In this document: one piece after another, positions 38,201-49,658 of the stretch
How positions within the stretch are numbered: the first letter of the stretch is position 1
Layout: each line of letters starts with the position of its first letter
NCBI GenBank assembly: GCA_964106645.2
Contig: OZ067048.1
Source: Podarcis pityusensis
Taxonomy: Eukaryota
Length of the DNA stretch: 64,000 nucleotides
Direction: 5' to 3' (one strand)
Notes under the pieces: model-generated
Told to the model about the DNA's origin: nothing
Databases searched by the model: none
Seen by the model: only the letters and a program-made list of their open reading frames with translations
Position numbers and translations under genes: made by a program

Positions 38201-40163
38201 CAAATAAATCTTCTGTATGTTTCAAAGTAAATTAGAATGTTAACAGCCCTAGTGATGATTCCGGTTAGACGTTCTCTTTAGTACTTCTGTTCCCCCAAAA
38301 GTAATAGCTTGTGGGCTCACGATCATCAGTGGACTTGGGAAACCAGCTCTAGTGTCTTCCTTGTCCTCCAACACCCAAGACTGAAGACTCATTTGGCGGT
38401 GATAATGCACTTATAGAATATCTGCGATTGGGAGGATTTCATGGCTGCATTAGAGCGCAGCACTTGGGAAGATTTGGAGAAATAAAAACTGTCAGGAAAA
38501 TAAAGTAGAATTATGTTCAATTGTAAGTCCAAACAAGGCCCATATGCTACTAGAACAGTAAGCCATTGTAAGGTTATATTATTCTTTGAGGAAGTTTTTC
38601 ACCGCAGAACGTTTCCTTGTCCGCTCTTAGGTCCCTGGAAACTCGTTGTTCAGCACTGTTTGAACCAAATAAAGCCCTTTTGTAAAAAGTTTAAATGATG
38701 ACATAATGACCACCTAGGTAAGAAATGTGGTAAAGGCCCTTGGTGGGATGGATTCCATCAAAGGTCTTATTAAAATGAAAAAGGAAGTTTGAATTACATT
38801 TCCTCATAGCTCTTAATGTATAATCAAATCATGCTATTTTTTTTTAAAAAAATTGGGGAACAAGAATTATAGTTCTCATTTCTTCCAGAGATTGCTCTGA
38901 TTTTTCTTAATTGCTACATCAGATTTTGGCCAGAAGGGGATTTTTTAAAAAAGCTTCACAACTTTTGTATTATTTGTGGGCAAGAGGAAGCTATGTGGTA
39001 TGTGTGGTCTGAGTTAGGCTTTTATTGTGCATCTTTTAATAAATATATATTATAGAGTGGATTTTTTTTAAAAAAGTAATTAAAAATAGAACTCTTATTG
39101 GACGACTGTCTGGCTTCTTAACTAAACTCCAAATCAGAGATTATAATTATAATAATGTTTTATTTTTATTTTTGCAGACATATTCATCTTAATACCTTAT
39201 TATGAGAATAGTGGCAATCTGCACATCTGTTAACACTAAAGCTGCATTGTAAAGTGACCCTCATTATTGAACAGCATCATTTAAGGTCAAAGGGCACAAT
39301 AAGCCTCCTGCTGTTGTCCCTTGTCATAAATTTCAAATGTACCCATAGTGCACATTTTAGAAGTTCCTTAGTTTAATTAACTGAGACTGCAGAAGCACAG
39401 AATTCAAAAATAAAGAGGCCAAGTATACCACTGGCTTTTTCACAGTTGTTATTTTTTATTACAAGCAATAAAATGTATTTGTGTATAGCCTTCCCCCACC
39501 CCCGTATTTTGAAGTAAACTTAAATACCAGCACACATACACACTTTTCTTATTTATAGCTACAAATCATGTTTTTTAACCTTAAGTTTCATTTGATTATG
39601 TTTTTTAAAAATCCTTTGTCTTATTACAGATAGGAGTGACATATCTACTATAGGATAACTGACATTTGTTTGCATTTTGGTGAACGAATTGATGAATATT
39701 GTAAAAACCGGAACGCTTCAAGAAGGTTTTAGGCTAATTGCAGGTTTGGGATACAGGCAATGGCTGTTTTGCAGGGGTGGTGGTTTGCATTCCTGACCCC
39801 CGTGCATGTTGGCGGAGCGCACACAAGTCCGCCCTGGCCACTTCCAGGTTGTGGCGATGCACGGGTGTGCGCAGTCACACGTCAGTCGGATGCATGTAAA
39901 TTGGTCATTGCCTGTACCTCAGAGGACACCGTTTCATGTCAGAAGAGTCTTGGATCCATCCTGTTAACAGCTCAGGATTCATCCAAACCAAATGCACCCT
40001 CTTGCTACTACTTAGGCCTTCAGAGTCAAATCCTTGTGGTGAGTTGTTTCCTCACCCAATTTTTTACACCTGGGTTGCAGCATTGCCAGAAACCCAAGCA
40101 GCAACAGTTTTTACATCTCTTCTTCTGTTAATATTTGCTTTTGCACAAAACTAGGGACCTGTT

Positions 40164-40521
40164 GGGATGCGGGTGGCGCTGTGGGTTAAACCACAGAGCC
40201 TAGGGCTTGCCGATCAGAAGGTTGGTGGTTCGAATCCCCGTGACGGGGTGAGCTCCCGTTGCTCGGTCCCTGCTCCTGACAACCTAGCAGTATGAAAGCA
40301 TGCCAAAAAGTGCAAGTAGATAAATAGGTACCACTCCGGCGGGAAGGTAAACGGCGTTTCCGTGTGCTGCTCTGGTTCGCCAGAAGCGGCTTTGTCATGC
40401 TGGCCACATGACCTGGAAGTTGTACACCGGCTCCCTTGGCCAATAAAGCGAGATGAGTGCCGCAACCCCAGAGTCGGCCACAACTGGACCTAATGATCAG
40501 GGGTCCCTTTACCTTTACCTT
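40164..40521 (+). mobile_element. Sauria SINE, full length
   Basis: tRNA-like head with A box (TGGCGCTGTGG) and B box (GGTTCGAATCC); (ACCTTT)n tail. 10-bp TSD TAGGGACCTG at 40152-40161 and 40522-40531. Confidence 0.95.
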
Positions 40522-40597
40522 TAGGGACCTGGTAAGGTTTTAAAGATGCCTGATTCCTGACTGATTCCTGACTGAAGAGGACATACACAATCTCTAC

Positions 40598-40722
40598 CAA
40601 GAATGCCTAACCTGTGGCCCTCCAGGTGTTGCTGAACTAGAACTCCTATCATGCCCATTGCCCAGGGAAGGTGGGAACTGTAGTTCAGCAACATCTGGAG
40701 GGCTACGGTTTTACCACCCGTG
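40598..40722. mobile_element. Degenerate hAT MITE related to 13996-14131
   Basis: Arms ggccctccaggtgttgctgaacta / tagttcagcaacatctggagggc. TSD ATCTCTAC / ATCTCTCC. Confidence 0.75.
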
Positions 40723-41228
40723 ATCTCTCCAAATATGGTGCGCCTTGAATAGATGCCCTATTGAGGAGAGAACTGTGTAGCATCGTGAGCTGCATAAAGG
40801 AAAAGAAACTGAGCATTTTCACGTTCCACAGTTGTTGGTTGCCTGTAGTTGCAATTATACATTAATTTTGCACATGTGATTTAGGTATCTGCTGTGCTTT
40901 AAACTCTAGGCTGCGTTTGGTATTGCAGCATAACCAGTCTTCATCCAAAGGCCAAGCTGACTAGTTTCCAAGTCGCTCATTAAATCTTTCAGGTGTGTTA
41001 CATTACTGAACTTCCAAGATAACAGTGAATGGCTTCCTATCTGCCACCAGGTTCAGTCTACAGCCAGAGATATAATTTGAGTCGATAAAATTTGATAAGA
41101 TTAATGAATGTAATTGGCATATAAAATATCAGGATACAGTATATCAGAAACTAGATTTGTTTAGAAGCCAACCTCTTTTTTTCTCCAACGCAGCAATGTT
41201 TTGTTTGGGATGGTGCTGTGGGTACTTG

Positions 41229-41261
<33 letters not shown>

Positions 41262-41472
41262 GTATTCAAGAAGGGGTGCTGCTGTAGTCATTTGATTTGT
41301 GAGCTGGGAATGGAGAGGTGGTGTTTCTTAAAGTATTTACAGCAAAAGGACCTTTCTGGTGGGCTTTGTTTATGTCAGGAACTATAAAAGCAGAGGTGGA
41401 TTAGGCAAAGAGATGATGACTACACTGAAGTTTTAACTAGTGGACTTCATGGCTGAATGGGGATTTGAACTT

Positions 41473-41822
41473 GGGTGGTGCTCTGGGTTAAACCACAGAG
41501 CCTAGGACTTGCCGATCAGAACGTCAGCGGTTCCAATCCCCGTGACGGGGTGAACGCCCGTTGCTCGGTCCCTGCTCCTGCCAACCTAGCAGTTTGAAAG
41601 CACGTCAAAGTCCAAGTAGATAAATAGGTACCGCTCTGGCGGGAAGGTAAACGGCGTTTCCGTGCGCTGCTCTGGTTCTCCAGAAGCGGCTTAGTCATGC
41701 TGGCCACATGACCTGGAAGCTGTACGCTGGCTCCCTCGGCCAATAAAGCGAGATGAGCGCCGCAACCCCAGAGTCGGTCACGACTGGACCTAATGGTCAG
41801 GGGTCCCTTTACCTTTACCTTT
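41473..41822 (+). mobile_element. Sauria SINE, apparently inserted into an older tRNA-SINE remnant
   Basis: Near full-length body and (ACCTTT)n tail. The left flank ttcatggctgaatggggatttgaac looks like a reverse-strand B-box region. Confidence 0.93.
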
Positions 41823-42841
41823 ATCCCCAGTTCTAGGTAAGACAGCAGAGATGACGGGCTGAAAAATCCAGTATCAGTTTATATCAAGCTCCAGTGCAAA
41901 ATAATACTTCTGTCTGGGAATACTTGAATCTAGTATGTATGGTTTTGTAATTAATCTTTAAGAATTCAATTGCACAATAAAACTTGGTATAACAACAACA
42001 ATCAACAGCAACCACTGTAGCCAGTCCATCTAACTGTGTTGCCCCGGCCGCTCTGGGCGGCTTCCAAAACATAAACATAATAAACATAAACATAATAGAA
42101 CAGTACACATTGAAAGGCCGAAGGTTGGCTTGAATTACAAGGAATTGCAAAACTGAGCAGTTACTGGCTTCTGTGTTACTATTATTGCCATCTTTGATAT
42201 GGAGATCCTGGCTTATTTTAAACCAGAGTTCCCTGTTACTGCCAAAACAGAGAACTGGTTTAATGTGTTGGCCTAGGAGCCAGATTCAAATCCCAAATCA
42301 GCCATGAAGCTCACTTCATATTAACTTAGCCTTCCCCCCAGGCTCTTGTTCTCTCCCTCCTCTCCCCATCACTTTCCTCCACCACAGGAGACCGGAAGCT
42401 TCTGTCTTAGATTAACACTTCAGCACGCTGTCCAAACTTAAACTGTGGTTAATCTTAGCTGTGGCTCATGAAAACAATTTAGCTTCGTTAATTATGGCTT
42501 GTTTCCACTAAAATTAACCACGGTTTGTCCAGCTTTGGATGCCACAGTAAACTGTGTTTAATCAAAAATACACAGCAAAGTTTCCAGACTTCTACTTGTG
42601 GCCACCCTAGTGAATGACGGAGTGTGTGCAAGGCTTGGAAGAGGCTAGGCTCATTTTCATTGACTCTGAATTAGCCTACTACTTCAAGGTTATTGTGAGG
42701 TAGAAAGGAGAGGACCATGTATGCTGCCCTAAACTCCAGATAGGAAAGACAAGATATATAAGTGAAATTAATTAATTAAGAGGAGTTGCTTTTAAGTAAT
42801 GTTGCCACCTGCAAGATAATTTCAACACAGTCATGTAGGTA

Positions 42842-43066
42842 CAGTGGTACCTGGGTTGTCAAACGTTTTGGATTTCGAAGGCCAAAAACCCGGAAGTAAA
42901 TGCTTCCGTTTTCGAACGTGCCTCAGAAGTCGAATGGCTTCCGAGGCGTGTTTCCCAATTTTCTCAGTGGAATTTTCCAACCACCCATTGCGCCTCGGTT
43001 GTTGAATGTTTAGGAAGTCGAACGGTCTTCCATAACGGATTATGTTCGACAACCAAGGTACTACTG
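42842..43066. mobile_element. Tc1/mariner-superfamily MITE
   Basis: TA|CAGTGGTACCTGGGTTGTC ... GACAACCAAGGTACTACTG|TA. Confidence 0.9.
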
Positions 43067-44579
43067 TACTTCATAGCATATATTTCAGTGTTTGGGTTAA
43101 TAATGGGAAAACCTTTACTTTTGCATTTTTAAAGAAGGCACTTTTAGAAATACCACATTTCTCTCTAACCTCCCCTACCCTCCACACCCCCCTAAATATG
43201 TGTATGAATAATCAGCTTTTTGCAATCAGGGATGTAGATGCTTGTATGCTGTTCAGAATGAGACACTGTGTCTGGGCAAAATTACTTATCAAACTGAAGA
43301 TACTTTTTCACTCTAGTAACTTCAGCCAAACTAGGTCATTCAATAAATGTCAGTAAGACAGGAAAGTAAGTTAAATGTCACTTGAAAGAGGCACGTATGC
43401 ATAAATTTGCGAGGCACTCTAAAAGCTTTTATAGGTAACATGACTAAAGTTTTTTTTTGTATCGGTCTCTAGCGATAAATGAGTGAATGATTACATTAAT
43501 TTATCAGGAGGTTTTCTTGCTTGCCTACTTGTTTATGTAAAATACCTAACAATGATGATAAGTAGTGGCGAATGAGAGAGCTTCTATCTTCTTGAAGTGG
43601 GTTTGAAAAGGCAGCTAGATTAGAAAAGGTTTCATGAGTGGGTTATTGTAATTGATATTGATTTAGGAAAAGTAACCTAATAGAAGTTACTGTTTTGCTG
43701 TGACTGTTCAAAGCCTCGCCATCTTCAAGCTATTACCTCTTGAATTCATGCCATGCTTTACACCTGTCACAATAAAAATATTTTCAGCATATATTGAAAT
43801 AAAATTACAAGGCAGCTGGTTTTAATTTCTCCTTCTAAAGTGGGTATCATGCCTATCTCATACAATAATCATGCGCAGGTCTTATAAACAGAAGCTTTGT
43901 ACACTTATTCTTTCTTTCCAAATGCTCAAAACTTAAAAAAATTAGATACAATGTGTTTCCTTTTAGGAAGCTCATTGCTGCAAGTGGCAGGCATATGTTT
44001 CTGTCAGCTACTTGCATTATATTGGAGAAACTGTTGCCAATCAGGTAAGCAGTTTTCATATTGGAACCCAAGATGGCTGCCACAAATTCACACTTGGTGA
44101 ATATTTCATTCCCCATAAGCGTGAGAAAATTAACTCCAATTACAAAACTAACAAGGAGATCAATCATAATGTGTTATTTTTACTAACACATTATGATAAT
44201 GTTATGTTTGTTATATGTTATGTTAAATAACATAATGTGTTATTTTTATTGTATGCATAAAATACCGCTATTCATACAAAAAAATGCAGCTAACGAAAAC
44301 CACACACCCATATACACAATAAAAACCATGTAAAGATTTCAAATAATAGATCAGTTAATTATTAAAGGAAGATATTTTTTTCAATGCTTATAATAAGCTT
44401 GGTTTTCACCAGATTTTAAAGGTTAAAACAGAAGATACCTGCTGAATATCTATGGGCAGAGCATTGTGCAGGATTAGGCCAATTGTACTAAAGGCTTGAT
44501 TTCTTTTTGCTATCATATGAGCTTCATCAACTTGTGGGACAGTCAGCAATGTTCCTGCAGGTTATATCGTTGAGTAAAG

Positions 44580-45200
44580 CTTCCATGCGGCAGCTGATGC
44601 ATAGTGAGGTCAGTCTTGCTCATTTGGATGATGGAGAGAGCTCCCTGTAGGGAACTTTTGCTCACTTGAACCCAGCTAAGTAGGATGGAGTCCCCTTCTA
44701 AAATGAAGATTTTATCTCCTATGCTGGCCCTCCGGTGTGAGAAGGTCTGGAAACACTGGTTAGATGCCGTGGTGGCTTTCATGTTTTCTCAGTGAACCAG
44801 GGTCTTCTTGTGATTCTACTGTATCTTCTTGAGGGTTATGGCTAGAAGAGGCATTAGTGGGAAAGGCAAACAGGAATCAGTCCCTTGGACCAGTTTGTGT
44901 GGAGGGCATCCATGGCTTCTACTTGTGGGTGGTACCTGGAAAAGAACCTTGGTGTTTGGTTGCTGAGGTGAAAAGTGGACAGCTCTGTTCCTTTGGACTT
45001 GGCAGAACAGTTGGTCAGATAAATGCCGTTCCCCTGGTTGTAGGGTCCCCTTGCTCATTTGCTTCTCCACTGACACGCTCCACATTGACCTCTGCCCATG
45101 TCAGGAGCAATGCCTCTTGTTTAGAGCAGGTCCAAGATGTTGGCGTGAAGATACACCCTTCAGGTGAGTTCAGTGGATCTTTCCATTTGTTTCAATTCTG
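44580..45200 (-). mobile_element. Degenerate DIRS-like retrotransposon fragment (region following RNase H)
   Basis: Frameshifted minus-strand peptides DALHTNWSKGL…FAFP / FPLMPLLAITLKKIQ resemble the DIRS motif DA...W...L.YAFPP.PLI..VL.KI. Boundaries are approximate. Confidence 0.5.
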
Positions 45201-47868
45201 GAAAATGTTGTTCATAGAAACTTGCTACTAGAAAGAAAGGGGTGTGTGTGGGTTATTTTGTTTTAGCAGTACTTTGTTGGTTGTGAGGTCCTTTTGAAGT
45301 TCTGGCTTCAGAACTTCAAAGTGCATAATCACCTGATGTGATGGCTTCCTTCCCCAGACTGTGCTAGCCATAGTACTTTAGGTGCGTATGTGTGTGTATT
45401 TTTCATTGCGGTTTATGTTGTAACAGCAAAATGAAATTATTTTGGTCCAGGACCGAATGTGCCTCTGTATTAAGGAGCATTTGTAAAATTGACTTCTCTA
45501 TTTTAGTAGGTATGTGATCTTACGCTGCCACTCTTTTTAGGGAGGTTATTTTTTTGGTAAAACTTCCTAATGGACTACATCCACAGCGGGTGATGGTAAT
45601 TTAACCGCTTAGTGCTTTTTCTGTCCAGTGATATTTCAACAGAAGTGCTTTCTCTTTAAAACTTTTAAAGACAATGCTTTTAGAAATACTGTGTTGCAAT
45701 CAGCTGATAAGAATGATCAAATAGTAGCATGACAGTTGCACATTTTTATATCCGAACATTTGCAATGTTTGCATATGTTGCGCTCCTTTGTATGCAGAAT
45801 ACAAAGGGCATTGCGTCCTTTTGATGTTGCTTTAAAGAAGCTTTTTAGACATCTGATTTACTGAACAGTATTGCCCACTGCTGTTTGTAACGGTTGAGTT
45901 GGTTTAGGAGATTTTAACTGTATTTTTTTTTAATTAACTGTTTATGATTATGTGTTTTATACTGTTACTTGCAAACTGTTCTATGGCTTTAATGAAGAGC
46001 ATAACATTAAAAAAATGATTTTTTTTTAATGTGCCACCTCGCACTATGAGAGTTTCATGCAGCAAAATGCATAAACATACATACAGCTGAAGGAATGGAG
46101 AGAACCCTACCGGAGTTGATATATGCTTAAAATTGGAGCATCACAAGGGTTGCTTTTGGCCAGCATCCAAAGAGCTACTTTAAGCTTATTCAAGAGTTTG
46201 TACCCACCCAGTGGGATTTTAGATTTCAACAGCAGATTTCATCTCCTCATCCCTCCATGCCATATCCTAGATTTCTTTTGCTGCTCCCCTTGGTTTTGAG
46301 AGCTTTTTACTATACAGGATGCAAGGCAGCTGTTCATAAAACACAAGTACAGCTTTGGGTATGCGAAATTTGCTTTTGGGGTCTTGGCTTCTATGCAGAA
46401 TAAGAGAAGGCTTTTATTTTGTCCAGAGTTTATGCCATTTAATATGCCTATTAAATAAGGAGTTACTCCTGACTTTTTAAATTAAGCAAGCAAGGGTTCA
46501 GCAAAATATTTCCAAACCAAAAATGGCATAATTTGAATTTATATTTTGATTGCATATGTTAGTGCTTACAATGCCAGTGATATTTTTAAACTTCAAAGTC
46601 AAATAACTTTGTGGTAGCTACGCACACAAGCTCAAAGGAGTTTAGGTTTGGGCAGATTACTAGTCTAAACAATTTGTCGCGTTAAACCGATTCATATTGA
46701 TAAATGACAAGCATGATAGACTAACTGTACAAATTGTAACTAACATCTTGTAGTATGTGCTTCAGAGTGAAATACTACCTTTTGGGATTATGAAGATAAA
46801 TGTTTTCTAGCTGTGACTCTATACACATTTACCTGGGAACAAGTCCTACTGAATTTAATGGGACTGACTTATGAGTAGGCATGTGCAATATTGTGCTGTC
46901 ACTGAAACTTTTATGCTTGCGTTGTGAGTTAACTGTTTAAGATAAGACCTTTACAGAACAGGACATCATCCGTTCCTGACAATCTTCTGGGTAGCTGTGT
47001 CAACATTAAGCTCTCTGATCCAACAGTGAATCCCTTCTAATAGTTTTTTTACTTTATGACACATCATGGGAACATGTATTTTAGGTGTGTCAAATGCTTT
47101 TCAAGTTGTTCCCCTATCAATGTCTAGTTTTCAAATGGTTTTTGTAGGCAATGAAAGCTTTATTAATTTAGCGACAGCAGGTTTCCGGCAAGATCCGTTG
47201 CCTACTTTCCTAGTGATCTCATTATCTTCCAGTCCAATTAATGCAGATCTTACTGTTGCAAGTAAGTATCCTTTCCTAGCTTGACCTGCCTCAGAATAGA
47301 AATTATTCATTTCAGCATTAACCACAGGTGATTGGAAGCACAACAAGGCCACTCAAAAAGAAGGGAGTGGTCTCTATATGCTTTGGGGGCTTTTGCAGGA
47401 TGCAGAAGTATATGTGCTTATAAATTGAAAGGGTTTTCCTTTTTCTTTTTAAAGACCAAAATGGTTCTAGGACTTACAGAATTCATTGGCATTTGAAACT
47501 TGAGAGAGTAAAGGGACTTGAAAAGAGCATAAATTAGCCTCCTGTAGACAGACCATCAATTGAGTGTATGAGGGAGAGCAGTGGAGATATTGAATGTTAC
47601 AGTGTAAGCTGAGGGGGAGGAAAAAAAGGAAAGAAAATGGAGGGCAGGTGATGAGAGGCAGTAGGCCGCTTTAGAGCCCTAACAGCTTATATTGAATCCT
47701 GGAGGGAGTATGGGGGGGTTGTTCCCCCCCACAGCCCGTGCACTTATACAAGAATGTTTCAGCAGGAAATGAAGGAAAAAGGAGCATGTTTCCTTTTCCA
47801 GTCTCCAGAACCCCCACCCACCACTATGCCACTATTAAATGTTCTGCAATGAAATCCTTCTGCTAATA

Positions 47869-48110
47869 CAGTGGTACCTCGGGTTAAGTACTTAATTCAT
47901 TATGGAGGTCCGTTCTTAATCTGAAACTGTTCTTAACCTGAAGCACCACTTTAGCTAATGGGGCTTCCTGCTGCTGCCGCGCCGCTGGAGCATGATTTCT
48001 GTTCTCATCCTGAAGCAAAGTTCTTAACCTGAGGTACTAGTTCAGGGTTAGCGGAGTCTGTAACTTGAAGTGTATGTAACCTGAAGCGTATGTAACCAGG
48101 GGTACTACTG
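47869..48110. mobile_element. Tc1/mariner-superfamily MITE
   Basis: TA|CAGTGGTACCTCGGGTTA ... TAACCAGGGGTACTACTG|TA. Confidence 0.9.
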
Positions 48111-49198
48111 TATATGGCACAGGGCTTGGGGTGGGACCAGGATGTGTCCTTTCCTCTTCCTATCCCCTCAAACGTCTCCCTCTCCCAAGAGGCCTACACA
48201 GGGTCCCTGTTCCAGGCTAGCTGAAGCCCTGACCAGGAACCCTCCTCCGTTCAGGGACCGGAGATAACTGCAATGCTTTGTTAAAGGTTCCACTGGATAA
48301 TGCTATATATAATCAGCTAAGCTTCCAAAACAAAACAAAACAAAACAAAACAAAACAAACCTTAGTGACCCTGAATATTACTCAGAAATCTTTGGCAAAA
48401 ACAGCCACAAGTAAGTGTTTGACACTGTCTAGCAGTCTTGGAAAATGGGAGCAGCAGACTATGATGTTGTTGTTATCTGTGAACACAGTCTGTCCCTTTC
48501 TCAGCTCTGCTCCACAAGCTCAGGCAAGTGTCTTATTCTTTTGTAAACGGAGCACTCCTAGTTCAGGTCTGATCATTTCTGTATGCACATAGTAATGTTT
48601 TGCTGATACTGAATCTAAAGAAAAAGATTTCTACTAATACTTCGAACTCCTCTAAGCACTAAACTCTGCGAGGAAAAAGAAGCAAATATAATATTTGGGT
48701 TATATGGAGTTCTACGGGTTATATTTGGATAATGTGGAGTTTCTTTAAGCAGACATTATTCCTGCAAATCTTACTAAAGTTGTTCTCTGTGCGGATGTTT
48801 CTTAATTTACAGGAAGCACCACTGCAGGAAGTTCAAGGATGTAGCATCCTGTTGAGCAATCGGGTGTTACTATTTTTTGTACTTGCTTCTTGGTTAGTTG
48901 GCTCATAATTGACGAATTGATAAAAACAGGAAAAGCATAACTTTTAGACAATATAATCACTTGAGCTGAGATTTTAAATCCCCTTGTGCCAGGAACTCCT
49001 TGCTATACTGCATTGTGCTTCTTCTCTTCCTTTAAATTTAATCTCAAAGCCTACTTAGACCTTGCCAAATAGACACAAGGGAGATCTACAACACCCTTGT
49101 GGTTGCTGTATACATCTGCACAGCAGAGTCGTGTGGGATAGCCCCATGAGGAATTTGACTTCCACATGGTGGGCCTGGGCGATGTACCAATGTATGAG

Positions 49199-49658
49199 CA
49201 GTGGCGTAGCGTGGGGGGTGCAGGGGGGCCCGGCCGCACCGGGCGCAACATCTGGGGGGGGCGCGCTCGCACTCGCAGCTCTCTGCCCATACCTGGCTCA
49301 CTCTCTCTCTCTCACTGCAGTGCTGGCTGTGCGAATCCGATCCGAGCCGCTGGGTCGCCGCCCACTGTGGAGGGGGTGGGTGCCAGGCGTGCGGTGCGGA
49401 GAGAGAGCGAGGGACTATCTGGGGGAGGGACAGTGCAGCGGCCGCCCAGCGCAGCGCTGAGCGCGGGAGAGAACCACACCAGACCAGACCAGGCAGCAGC
49501 AAGAAGAAGCTGACAGCGGTGGCAGGTTAGGGGTTAGGGGTCGCAAATTATTTGTCTTGCCCTGGGTTAGGGGGCACAAATTACTTGCCTTGCCCCGGGT
49601 TAGGGGGCGCAAATTACTTGCCTTGCCCCGGGTGCTGACAACCCACGCTACGCCGCTG
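49199..49658. mobile_element. Young non-autonomous hAT element (460 bp, GC/CpG-rich)
   Basis: 17-bp TIRs CAGTGGCGTAGCGTGGG / CCCACGCTACGCCGCTG with one mismatch. Perfect 8-bp TSD TGTATGAG at 49191-49198 and 49659-49666. Confidence 0.92.

Noticed and set aside
37550-38210. Coding-looking fragments (KLKMNPNK; FVVAPAL)
   Set aside because: Highly decayed L2 remnants, like those at ~7190-7400, ~21430-21650, ~42000-42130, ~44330-44560 and ~45770-46000; boundaries too uncertain to list as features.
40164-40245. tRNA gene (A/B boxes, GGTTCGAATCC)
   Set aside because: It is the tRNA-derived head of a Sauria SINE and continues into the SINE body and tail.
49531-49633. 33-bp direct repeats as a CRISPR array or interstitial telomere
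   Set aside because: The repeats are head-to-tail with no spacers, in vertebrate DNA with no cas genes; only isolated TTAGGG units are present, not an array.
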